Shown in pieces: positions 54,590-63,169 of a stretch of 64,000 nucleotides of DNA. This stretch comes from Vicinamibacteria bacterium. GTDB taxonomy: Bacteria > Acidobacteriota > Vicinamibacteria > Marinacidobacterales > Marinacidobacteraceae. Under the pieces are notes generated by a model. The model was not told where the DNA came from, did not search any database, and saw only the letters and a program-made list of their open reading frames with translations. The position numbers and the translations under genes are program-made. The stretch is taken from NCBI GenBank assembly GCA_965199715.1, contig OZ241322.1, forward strand, positions 1,792,001 through 1,856,000, given 5' to 3'. Position 1 is the stretch's first letter. Every line of letters starts with the position of its first letter.

Positions 54590-55384
54590 ATGACCGATCA
54601 GCTTCTCCTCGCGCTGCTGCGCCGGGTCGCCCGCGGCGAACTCGCCCCGGACGAGGCGGCGCGCCGGCTCGCGATTCCTCCCGAGAAGCTGCTCGGCGGC
54701 GACGGCGTCCCGTTCGCCCGGCTGGACCACGACCGGGAGCGCCGCCGCGGGTTTCCCGAGGTGGTCCTCGGGACCGGGAAGACTGCGGAGCAGGTCGTTG
54801 CGATCACCCGGGCGCTGTCCCGGCGCGCGTCGCGGACGCTCGTGACCCGGGTCGAGCCGGAGGTCGCTCAGGCCGTCTGCCGCGAGGTCCCGGGCGCGCG
54901 GCGCCGTCCCGAAGCCCGCGCCGTGGTGGTCGAGGGCGAGCCCGCGCCGCCGCTGCACGCGACCGTCGGGGTGGTGGCCGCCGGCACCTCGGACGTCCCG
55001 GTGGCGGAGGAGGCCGCCCTCACCGCCGAACTCTTCGGCGCCTCGGTCGAGCGCATCTTCGACGTGGGCGTGGCGGGAATCCACCGGCTGCTGGCGGAGG
55101 CGCCCGGGTTCGCCCGCTTCCACGCGCTCGTCGCCGTCGCCGGGATGGAGGCGGCGCTCGCGCCGGTCGTCGCCGGGCTGGCGCCGTGCCCGGTGTACGC
55201 GGTGCCGACCTCGGTCGGCTACGGCGCGTCGTGGGGAGGGCTCGCGGCCCTGCTCGCCCTATTGAACAGTTGCGCTCCCGGCGTCACCGTCGTCAACATC
55301 GACAACGGCTTCGGCGCCGGGTACGCGGCGGCGCTCGGAATCGCTCACTTCCGGCAGCTCGAGGGCGAGCGAGCGGATCGCTGA
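54590..55384 (+). CDS. larB: Nickel-pincer cofactor biosynthesis protein LarB (PurE-like)
   Basis: ARLD..R..R.GFPEV, AGTSD.PVAEEA, DVGVAGIHRL, AVPTSVGYG, VVNIDNGFGA. Confidence 0.9.
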   Translation: MTDQLLLALLRRVARGELAPDEAARRLAIPPEKLLGGDGVPFARLDHDRERRRGFPEVVLGTGKTAEQVVAITRALSRRASRTLVTRVEPEVAQAVCREVPGARRRPEARAVVVEGEPAPPLHATVGVVAAGTSDVPVAEEAALTAELFGASVERIFDVGVAGIHRLLAEAPGFARFHALVAVAGMEAALAPVVAGLAPCPVYAVPTSVGYGASWGGLAALLALLNSCAPGVTVVNIDNGFGAGYAAALGIAHFRQLEGERADR

Positions 55385-56065
55385 AACCGCGGCGGGGGCC
55401 AGTCCCTCGCCGTCGTGCTTCACGTAGAAGTGGAGCGCCTCCACCTGGCCCGCGACGCGGGCGAGCGCGGCGGCGACGGCCCGCTCCTCGCTCTCGCACC
55501 ACGGCGGGTCGCGCCGCAGCCGGACGTAGGCGAAGGGCGCGGTCACCGGAACGGTCCATCCGGCCTCGATTTCGGCGACCCCGGCGACCATCGCGACCCC
55601 GGCCTCCCGGAACCGGGCCTCGACCGGGGCCGCGTTCCACGATTCGTGCCGGAACTCGAACGCGAACTGCCCCCCGGCCGGCAGGTCGGCGAGGAACCGG
55701 TCCAGCAGCTCGTCGTCGCGCCGCAGCCAGGGAGGGCACTGGAAGAGGACCGGACCGAGCCGCTCCCCGAGCGGGGCGAGCCCCTCGAGGAAGGACCGCG
55801 TCGCGTCGGCCGCGTCCCGAAGGCGGGCGCGATGGGTGATGCTCTGGTGCGCCTTGACAGCGAACCGAAAGCCGGGCGGAACCGCTTCGGCCCACGCGCG
55901 GACGACGGCCTCCTTCGGAAAGAGCCGGAACGTGTGGTTGATCTCGACCGCGTTGAAGACGCCTCCGTAGCAGGCGAGGAAGTCCGCGGGCCGCGTTCCC
56001 TTCGGATAGAAACGCCCCACCCACTCCCGGAATCCGTAGCCGGAAGTCCCGGCGTACAGGATCAA
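55259..56065 (-). CDS. DUF72 (YecE-like) protein
   Basis: GTSGY...W...FYP, VEINHTF, F.VKA, LFQCPP, FEFRHESW, YVRL; TTG at 56065. Confidence 0.88.
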   Translation of the reverse strand: MILYAGTSGYGFREWVGRFYPKGTRPADFLACYGGVFNAVEINHTFRLFPKEAVVRAWAEAVPPGFRFAVKAHQSITHRARLRDAADATRSFLEGLAPLGERLGPVLFQCPPWLRRDDELLDRFLADLPAGGQFAFEFRHESWNAAPVEARFREAGVAMVAGVAEIEAGWTVPVTAPFAYVRLRRDPPWCESEERAVAAALARVAGQVEALHFYVKHDGEGLAPAAVSAIRSLALELPEVSDSERRRVPGAEAVVDVDDGDAGSATVQ

Positions 56066-56508
56066 CTGTCGCCGAAGAGGTTGTGGAAGGCGGCGCGCGC
56101 GTCCCGGGCCGTGTCCATTTGCCGGCCGGTGGTGTCGAGCATCTCCAGCGGGCGGAAGTGGAGGCACTCGTTCCCGGCCCACTTGTTGATGATCCGGCGC
56201 GGGATGTCCGCGCGGCACTCGAAGCGCTGCTTCGGGTCGAAGTGGGCGCAGTGCCGGCAGGAGCGGAGCGGGTTTCCGCATCGCTCGCAGGTGGAGCCGA
56301 CCACGATCGAGACTTCGCTCGTGGGCCATTGGTGGCCGCAGCGCCCGCAGCGGGTCACCACCGTGGCGCGCCGGTCGCCGGCGAGTCGCAGCGTGCGGAC
56401 CTGCTCCCGGTTCCCGAGGTCAGCGAGCCGCTCGTCCAGCTCGCGGCGGATACGCCGCTCCCTGTCGCTGTCGCGGTCGGCGCGTCGTTCGCGCTTTCGG
56501 TACTTCAA
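56062..56508 (-). CDS. Cys-rich hypothetical protein (multiple CxxC); start TTG 56508 or GTG 56613
   Basis: CGRC, CERC, CRHC..FD...RFEC...NEC; ends ARAAFHNLF; stop overlaps the DUF72 start (TTGA). Confidence 0.65.
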   Translation of the reverse strand: MKYRKRERRADRDSDRERRIRRELDERLADLGNREQVRTLRLAGDRRATVVTRCGRCGHQWPTSEVSIVVGSTCERCGNPLRSCRHCAHFDPKQRFECRADIPRRIINKWAGNECLHFRPLEMLDTTGRQMDTARDARAAFHNLFGDS

Positions 56509-56606
56509 GGAGGCTGGGCTCCGAACGAACGACCCCCCGGACCCCGGATCGTCTCCAGCGGCCCCGGTCCGGCCGACGGCGTCAGCCAGCGGGGCGTTCC
56601 GCAAAG

Positions 56607-57434
56607 TTAGCACGAACCGGCGGACGGAGGCTGGCAACCGGGGCAGTGGAACGTGGCCCGCCCCCCGAGCGCGGTGCGGCGGATGGCGCGGCGGCGGCAG
56701 CGCGGGCACGGTTCGTCCGCGTGTCCGTACAGCCGGAACCGGTTCCGGGCCGACTCCCGGCCGGCGCGCCCCTCGCTCACGTAGCGCACGCCGGTCTCCC
56801 GCGCCTGGTCGATCGTGCGCCGGAGGGTGGCGCGGATGGACCGGTGGAGCCGCCGGACCTCGCCGGGGCCGAGCGACGAGGCCGGGCGCGCCGGATGGAT
56901 CCGCGCCTCGAAGAGCGACTCGGTAGCCTGGATGTTCCCGATCCCGGCGATCCTGTCCTGGTCCATCAGGAAGGGCTTCACCGGCCGAACGCTCGCCTGG
57001 AGCATCGAGGCGAGGGCGCGCCCGGTGAACGCGGGGCCGAGCGGCTCCGGCCCCATTCGGGCGAGGCGCGCCGCGTCGGCGGGGCGCATCAGGCGCAGGA
57101 ATCCGAAACGGCGCGGGTCGAGGAAGCGGACCGGATCGCCGCCGACGAAGAGCGAGGCCCGGGTCGCCGGAGGAGCCGCCGCCGCCCGGATCCACTTGCC
57201 GGTCATCCCGAGGTGGTTCAGCAGCGTCGCCCCCGAGTCGAGCTCGATGCGCAGGAACTTGCCCCGGCGCGTCACGCGCGCGACCTCGACCGACTCGGCC
57301 GCGTCCCGGACTTCCGCTTCCGGCTGGCCCTGGCGGGTGCGGGCCTCGGGGATCCGGATCGTCCGGAGCCGGCGTCCCGCAAGCCATTCGGCGAGCCGCT
57401 CGCGGGTCCATTCGGCTTCGGGGAGTTCGGGCAC
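56607..57434 (-). CDS. mutM: Formamidopyrimidine-DNA glycosylase
   Basis: MPELPE, RRGK, HLGMTG, DPRRFG, AGIGN, C-terminal CPRC..CPGCQ. Confidence 0.93.
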   Translation of the reverse strand: MPELPEAEWTRERLAEWLAGRRLRTIRIPEARTRQGQPEAEVRDAAESVEVARVTRRGKFLRIELDSGATLLNHLGMTGKWIRAAAAPPATRASLFVGGDPVRFLDPRRFGFLRLMRPADAARLARMGPEPLGPAFTGRALASMLQASVRPVKPFLMDQDRIAGIGNIQATESLFEARIHPARPASSLGPGEVRRLHRSIRATLRRTIDQARETGVRYVSEGRAGRESARNRFRLYGHADEPCPRCRRRAIRRTALGGRATFHCPGCQPPSAGSC

Positions 57435-57487
57435 GCAGTGTTGGTAGAGTGTCAGGTTGGAGGCCCGGCGTTTTCCGGGATTGGCTC

Positions 57488-58639
57488 ATGCGCGACTCCT
57501 CGACCACCCGCCGGGAAGCTCTGCGGATTCTTTCCGCCCTCGCCGCGGCGACGGCGCTGCCCCGCAGCGGGCTCGCCGGCGGCGTCATGCAGGACGAGAA
57601 GGTGATTCCGTTCACCGACGTGCCGGAGGAATTCGAGACGATGCGCGGGGAATACCCGTTCCGCATCGACCTCCGCGAGCTTCGGAGCTTCATCACCCCG
57701 AACGAGGACTTCTTCTCGGTCGCCCACTACGACCGGCCCATGCTCGACGCCGCCGACTGGTCGCTCCAGGTCGGCGGGCTCGTCGAGCGCCCGGCGTCCT
57801 ACACGCTGGACGAGCTGCGGGCCATGCCGCGCGAGGAGCGCATGGTCACCTTCGAGTGCTCGGGGAACCAGGGGATCCGGCACCACGGCATGGTCGGGAA
57901 CGCGGTCTGGGCGGGAACTCCGCTGCGGCCGTTGCTCGAGGCGGCGGGACCGCACGTGACCGTTCTGGAGACGGTGTTCTGGGCGGCGGACTCGGGGACC
58001 GAGACGATCCGCAACAACGAGTACCCGCAGAACTTCGCCCGGGCCATGTCGCTCACCGACGCGATGGAGTCGGGCGCGATCCTCGCCTGGGAAATGAACG
58101 GCGAGCCGCTCCCGGCGAAGAACGGCTTCCCGCTGCGGCTGATCGTGCCCGGGTGGTACGGGATCGGACACGTGAAGTGGCTGACCCGGATCCAGCTCGC
58201 CGACCGGCGGCTGATGAACCGGTTCATGGGCCGCGACTACGTGACCATCATCGGCGAGGAAATGGACGGCGAGACCGTCTGGTTCGAGCGGTCGGTGACC
58301 ACCCAGCGGATCAAGTCCGTCATCGCGCGGGTGACCGAGACCGCGTCGGGCGGCGCGCGGATCTTCGGCGCGGCGTGGAACGACGGGACCCCCATTCGCG
58401 AAGTCCAGGTCCAGATCGACGGCGGCGAGTGGATGCGCGCCGATCTCGAACGGACCGGAAACCCGTACGCGTGGACCTTCTGGAGCCTCGAGACCGGAGC
58501 GCTCGGCGCGGGCGAGCACACGCTCGTGTCGAACGCGGTGGACGAGCTGGGCCGCGAGCAACCCGCGGACCTGAGCCTCAAGAAGACCTACTGGGAGGAC
58601 AACGCCCGGTTCGCCCGCACGGTCATGGCGGGCGGCTGA
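57488..58639 (+). CDS. Sulfite oxidase-family molybdoenzyme with Tat signal
   Basis: TRREALR signal; ITPNEDFF, ECSGN (Moco Cys), GNAVW.G, NGEPL...GFPLRLIVPGWYG...VKWL, Ig-like dimerisation domain. Confidence 0.88.
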   Translation: MRDSSTTRREALRILSALAAATALPRSGLAGGVMQDEKVIPFTDVPEEFETMRGEYPFRIDLRELRSFITPNEDFFSVAHYDRPMLDAADWSLQVGGLVERPASYTLDELRAMPREERMVTFECSGNQGIRHHGMVGNAVWAGTPLRPLLEAAGPHVTVLETVFWAADSGTETIRNNEYPQNFARAMSLTDAMESGAILAWEMNGEPLPAKNGFPLRLIVPGWYGIGHVKWLTRIQLADRRLMNRFMGRDYVTIIGEEMDGETVWFERSVTTQRIKSVIARVTETASGGARIFGAAWNDGTPIREVQVQIDGGEWMRADLERTGNPYAWTFWSLETGALGAGEHTLVSNAVDELGREQPADLSLKKTYWEDNARFARTVMAGG

Positions 58640-58647
58640 CCGCCGCG

Positions 58648-59813
58648 ATGCGTCGGCGACGCTTTCTGGGTTCGCTCGCCGGGTTGGCCGTGGCGCCGGG
58701 CTATCGCGGCGTCTCCGCCGCCCAGCGCGCGGGCGCGCGGATCGGCGTTCTCGGCGGCGGGATCCTCGGCTGCTCGATCGCGCTGCACCTCGCCCGGCGC
58801 GGCGCGAACGTGACCGTCTTCGAGCGCGAAGGGCCGGCGGCGGGCGCGACCGGGAACTCGTTCGCGTGGATGAACGCCAGCTTCTCGAAGCGCCCCCGCG
58901 CCTACCACGAGCTCAATTGGCGCGGGATGCAGGGCTGGCGGCGGCTCGAGGACGGCGTGGAGGCCTCCGGGTCACCTGGGGCGGGAGCCTCGAGTACCGC
59001 GTGGACGCCGATCGCGCCGGCGCGCTGGACGAGCAGCTCACCCGGGCGCAGCGCTGGGGGTATCCGATTCACCGGGTGGACGAGGAGCGTCTGCGCGAGC
59101 TGGAGCCGGGCGTGACCCCCGAGGCCCCGGTTCTGTGCGCGGCGTGGGCTTCCGCCGAGGGCTCGATCGAGCCGCGCTCGACCACGAGGGCGCTATGGGC
59201 GGCGGCGGAGGCCGCCGGCGCGACGTTCCGCATCGCCGAGGTCGCCTCGCTGGACGTCCGCTCCGGATCGCTGCGCGGCGTGCGCACCGGGGACGGCGAC
59301 CACGAGCTGGACACGCTGGTGATGGCCGCGGGAGTCCAGGCCCCGGATCTCCTGCGTCCCGCCGGCGTCCCGCTGCCGCTGGTCGAGTCTCCCGGCATCC
59401 TCGCCCACTCGAAGCCGGCGGCTCCGGCCGTCAACCGGATCGTGCTGGCTCCGCGCATCCACCTGAAGCAGACCGCCGGGGGCAAGGTGGTCGCCGGAGT
59501 CGGATTCGCCGGCGCGGGCTCCACCGACGCCTCGCGGACGGTCGGCGAATCCATCCTCGAGGAGACCGCGAAGGTCGTTCCGGCGGTCGCCGGGCTCGAG
59601 GTCGAGGAAGTGACCCTCGGCTACCGGGTGCTGCCCGAGGACGGTCATCCGGTCGTCGGATTCCACCCGGCGGCGCCGGGGATCTACGTCGCCTCGATGC
59701 ACAGCGGCGTCACGCTCGCGCCGGTGATCGGCCGGTTCGCCGCCGCGGAGATCCTCGACGACGTGGAGGTCTTGCTCCTGGCGGACTTCCGGCCGAACCG
59801 CTTCTCGGCGTGA
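58648..59813 (+). CDS. Tat-signal FAD-dependent oxidoreductase (DAO/glycine oxidase family), apparent frameshift at about 58962
   Basis: MRRRRFL signal, GGGILG, GATGNSFAW in the first frame; LRVTWGG..GYRVLPEDG..HSGVTLAP in the second; one extra G in GTGGAGGC would join them. Confidence 0.8.
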
Positions 59814-59827
59814 CCGTTCTCAGCCTG

Positions 59828-59940
59828 ACCGCCGGTCCCGAAGATTCGGGCCGCCGCTTTTGGGGATGGGTGGGTCTCTTGCGACGGCCCCCGACCTTGG
59901 CCGGACCCCGGATGTAAGGAGGTGAACTTTCCGGAGCACC
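59828..59940 (-). ncRNA. Candidate small RNA with anti-Shine-Dalgarno loop
   Basis: Extended -10 TGaTAAGTT (59953-59945); hairpin GCUCCGGA/UCCGGGGU with loop AAGUUCACCUCCUUACA; further GCAA-loop and CCCGAA/UUCGGG hairpins. Confidence 0.45.
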
Positions 59941-59965
59941 GGTGAACTTATCACAGGAACCAAGC

Positions 59966-60907
59966 TCAGGAACTTTGCAAAGTTCTTGAGGCCCGAAACA
60001 CCACGTCGAGGTCCCGCCGGGCGCGCTCGAAGCCGGAGCGCGGCGCGCGCAAAGGGTCGGCGAGAAGCCGCCGGAAGTCGCGCGCCATGGCTTCGAAGCC
60101 CATGAAGTCGCGGAATCCGGGGAGGCGGAATCGAATCCGCCGGCCGGCGCGCAGCCTCAGGTACAAGCCGTTGCTCTCGAAGACGATGCTCCCCCGCTCG
60201 CCGACCACCCGCGAATGCTGGAGGACGCCGCCGGGGAGCGAGCGCCGGTCCCAGGCGTACTCGACCAGCGCGGTCGCCCCCGAGGGATAGCGCAGTTCCA
60301 CTCGGGAATGGCGCTCCGGCCGGTCCTCGCCGGGGAACTCCGCTTCCACCTCGTCGGGCCGTTCCGCGAGGATTGCGCCCAGCAGCGCGACGAAGTGGAT
60401 CCCGCCCTCCAGCAGCGCCCCGTGGGCGGCGCGCCAGCCCGACGCCCGCTGGAGCGAGAGCTTGCGCAGCTCGACCCGCCGCACCGGCCCGATTTCGGGG
60501 AGCAGGCTCAGGAGCAGCCGCAGCGAGGGCTTGTAGAGGTAGTTCTCGGCGACCATCAGCGACCCCGCCGGGCGCGATTCGAGCGCCGCGCCGATCGCCC
60601 CGACCTCCTCCGGCGCGACGGCCATCGGCTTTTCCACGAGGACGACCTTCCCGGCCTCGAGCGCCCGGGTCGCCGCCTCGGCGTGCGCTTCCGCCGGGGT
60701 CGCGAGCACCACGCCGCGGATTTCGGGACGCGCCAGCACGTCGTCGAGGTCGTCCGCCGCGCTTCCCCCGAACCGCGCCGCGAGCGTCTCGGCGGAGGCG
60801 CGCCTCCGGCTTGCGAAGGTGAGGTCGCACTGGTCCCGCAGCAGCCGGGCGTGCACCCGCCCGATCGCGCCGGCGCCGACGATCGCGACCTGCGGTCGTC
60901 CGCTCAC
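59966..60907 (-). CDS. Gfo/Idh/MocA family oxidoreductase
   Basis: VAIVGAGAIG, ATP...H, GKVVLVEKP, GALLEGGIH; GTG at 60907 overlaps the GMC stop. Confidence 0.88.
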   Translation of the reverse strand: MSGRPQVAIVGAGAIGRVHARLLRDQCDLTFASRRRASAETLAARFGGSAADDLDDVLARPEIRGVVLATPAEAHAEAATRALEAGKVVLVEKPMAVAPEEVGAIGAALESRPAGSLMVAENYLYKPSLRLLLSLLPEIGPVRRVELRKLSLQRASGWRAAHGALLEGGIHFVALLGAILAERPDEVEAEFPGEDRPERHSRVELRYPSGATALVEYAWDRRSLPGGVLQHSRVVGERGSIVFESNGLYLRLRAGRRIRFRLPGFRDFMGFEAMARDFRRLLADPLRAPRSGFERARRDLDVVFRASRTLQSS

Positions 60908-62355
60908 TTGGCGATGGCCGCGCCCGCCCGAAGCGCGAGCGCGGCGATGGTCAGGCTCGGGTTCACGCCCCCCGATGCGGGAAGGAGGCTGCCGTCGGTC
61001 ACGTGGAGGTTGCGGACGCCGCGGAGACGCCCCTCGGGATCCGCCGGCCCGTCCGCTTCGCTCGCCGCCATCCGGACCGTGCCCACCGCGTGCGAGAAGC
61101 TGCGGATGCGCCAAGTGTGGGTGAAGAGCCCGCCGGCGCGTTTCAGGATGCGGCGGGCGCGGCGCGTCAGGTGGGCGAGGCGCTCCCGGTCCGCCGCCCG
61201 GTAGTCGTGGTCGATGAGCGCTTGACCGTCGTCCCCGATCCGGACCCGGTTCTCCGGGTTCGGTTCGTCCTCGGCCACGCACAGCAGGTTCTGGAGCCGC
61301 TTCACGACCGCGCTCCGCAGGATCAGCCGCGGGAGTCCCCCGGCGGCGTGCCGCACGACCGCGGGGGCCGGCGTGTAGATGTCCTGGATGACTCCGGTGG
61401 CGCGTCCGTCGAGCGCGCGCCGGTCCTCGTAGAAATCGGTGAAGCAGACCTGCTTGTGGAAGTGCTGCTCCGGGTTCGTCTCGAACGGGAAGAGCGCCGC
61501 CACCACCGCGTTGCAATGGCGCATCAGGAACCGGCCGACGAGATCCCCGCCGAGGCCCGAACGCAGCAGCACCCCCGGGCTCCCGAGCGCGCCGGCGGCG
61601 AGAACGAAGTGCGCGGCCTCGAAGCGAAGCGGCTCGCCGGTCCGCCGGTCGGCGGCGTCCACCGCCGCGACCCGGTCCTTGTCCATGACGAGGCGACGGA
61701 CCCGCGTCCCCGGACGCACGGTCGCGCCGAGCGCGGCCGCCCGGCGCAGGATCCGTTCGGCGTCTCCCTTCGCCCGGACCCGGCAGGGGAAGCCGTCGCA
61801 GGTGTTGCAGCGCACGCAGCGGTCGGGGTCGAGCGAAAAGTTGATTGCGAGCGGCAGCGGGAACGGCCGCAGCCCGAGATCCGCGCCGGCCCTCGCGATC
61901 CGTTCCGCCGGCGGGTTCCACGCAAGGCGCGGGAAGGGGAACGCGCCGCTGCGGTCCGGCTCGGCCGGATCGGAGCCGGCGTCGCCGTGGACGAGGAGCT
62001 CCTCCTCGGCGCGGGCGTACCACGGCTCCAGTTCGGAGTAGGGGAACGGCCAGTGGCGGAAGTCCGCCTCCCGCAACCGGAGCGAGGCCGCGCCGTAGAA
62101 GACGGACATCCCGCCGGCGACGACGCTCTGGTGGACCTCCCGGCGCTTGCGGTCGCCCAATTGGCGGACCAGCAGCGGCGTTTCGCCGCGGTACCGCTGG
62201 TCCACGAGGATGGCCCGCGGATCCCAGTCGGTCTCGTCGCGGCGCGCCCAGTCGCCCCGCTCGAGGACGGTGACCTTCGCCCCGGCGCGCGCAAGCTGGA
62301 GCGCGGCGAGGGCGCCGCCGAGACCGGAGCCGATGACGACCGCGTCCGGCAACAC
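60904..62355 (-). CDS. GMC family FAD oxidoreductase
   Basis: VIGSGLGG..LERG, GGMSVFYG, CVRCNTCDGFPC, HAVGTVRM, VTDGS, VNPSLTIAA. Confidence 0.9.
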   Translation of the reverse strand: MLPDAVVIGSGLGGALAALQLARAGAKVTVLERGDWARRDETDWDPRAILVDQRYRGETPLLVRQLGDRKRREVHQSVVAGGMSVFYGAASLRLREADFRHWPFPYSELEPWYARAEEELLVHGDAGSDPAEPDRSGAFPFPRLAWNPPAERIARAGADLGLRPFPLPLAINFSLDPDRCVRCNTCDGFPCRVRAKGDAERILRRAAALGATVRPGTRVRRLVMDKDRVAAVDAADRRTGEPLRFEAAHFVLAAGALGSPGVLLRSGLGGDLVGRFLMRHCNAVVAALFPFETNPEQHFHKQVCFTDFYEDRRALDGRATGVIQDIYTPAPAVVRHAAGGLPRLILRSAVVKRLQNLLCVAEDEPNPENRVRIGDDGQALIDHDYRAADRERLAHLTRRARRILKRAGGLFTHTWRIRSFSHAVGTVRMAASEADGPADPEGRLRGVRNLHVTDGSLLPASGGVNPSLTIAALALRAGAAIAK

Positions 62356-62359
62356 CGGG

Positions 62360-63166
62360 TCACGCCGCCCCGAGCCGGCCGGTCCCCTCCAGAATCGCGA
62401 GCGCGGCGACGAGCGCGATGATCCCGAGCGCGGCGTAGTGGAGCTCCTCCCGCCGGCGAGTCTCGACCCGGGGCAGGTCCGGCCGGAACTTCCCGGACAT
62501 GTTTCGCTGGATGAACGTCTTGTAGTACTCCACGACGAAGCGCTCGAGCCCGCCGTTCATGTAGATGAGGAGCCCGAGCGGCACGGACGCCCCCATCGGC
62601 GCGAGCAGCCAGAACAGCGGGGCGCACACGGCGAGCACCACGCCGGAACGCTGGAACCGGAGGATCTTGAACCCCTCGAACGGGGCGTCCTTCCACGCTC
62701 CGCCGCCGGCGACGAGGAGCCCGGTGAGGTACGCGACGACCAGATAGCCGAGGAAGCCCTGGACCGGGACGTCGATCATCAGCACGAGGAACACGAGCGA
62801 GACCAGCGCGACTCCCGCGCCCCGCCGGACCGCCTCGCTATGGACCGGGCGCCCGAGGAGCGTGATCCGCGACGGCACGAAGTACTTGGCCTGCGCCTCG
62901 CTTCGGAAGAAGCCCTTCCAGAGTTCGGCGAGGAACCGCTCGAGCCCCATGATGAGGAAGAAGATCTCGACGAAGCCGAACCCGGCGGTCCGTTCGCGCA
63001 ACGCCGGAACGGCGAATGCGACCCCGGCGAGGCCGAACGAGAACCAGACGCTCCTCGGGAACGTGCGGGGCTTGCAGCCCTCCCAGGGCGAGTCCTTGAA
63101 CGCGCCCCACAGCGACGTGTACAGGCCGGATACGGCCGCCGTCGCGGCGAGGGCCAGGGCGCCCAA
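62360..63166 (-). CDS. Integral membrane protein with a two-fold internal repeat, function unknown
   Basis: Several hydrophobic helices; repeated GA(F/W)KD(S/A)P(W/F)EG.K...F.RS and GLERF..E.(W/Y)K.F. Confidence 0.75.
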   Translation of the reverse strand: MGALALAATAAVSGLYTSLWGAFKDSPWEGCKPRTFPRSVWFSFGLAGVAFAVPALRERTAGFGFVEIFFLIMGLERFLAELWKGFFRSEAQAKYFVPSRITLLGRPVHSEAVRRGAGVALVSLVFLVLMIDVPVQGFLGYLVVAYLTGLLVAGGGAWKDAPFEGFKILRFQRSGVVLAVCAPLFWLLAPMGASVPLGLLIYMNGGLERFVVEYYKTFIQRNMSGKFRPDLPRVETRRREELHYAALGIIALVAALAILEGTGRLGAA

Positions 63167-63169
63167 GGT

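Noticed and set aside
59901-59930. Remnant of a 16S rRNA gene end
   Set aside because: Only about 11 nt match; the upstream helix 45 sequence (GGTAACC/GTAGGGGAACCTGCGG type) is absent
59915-59945. Perfect SD as the start of a small plus-strand toxin peptide
   Set aside because: The only start codon lies inside the SD itself (GTG, 7 codons) and no hydrophobic peptide follows
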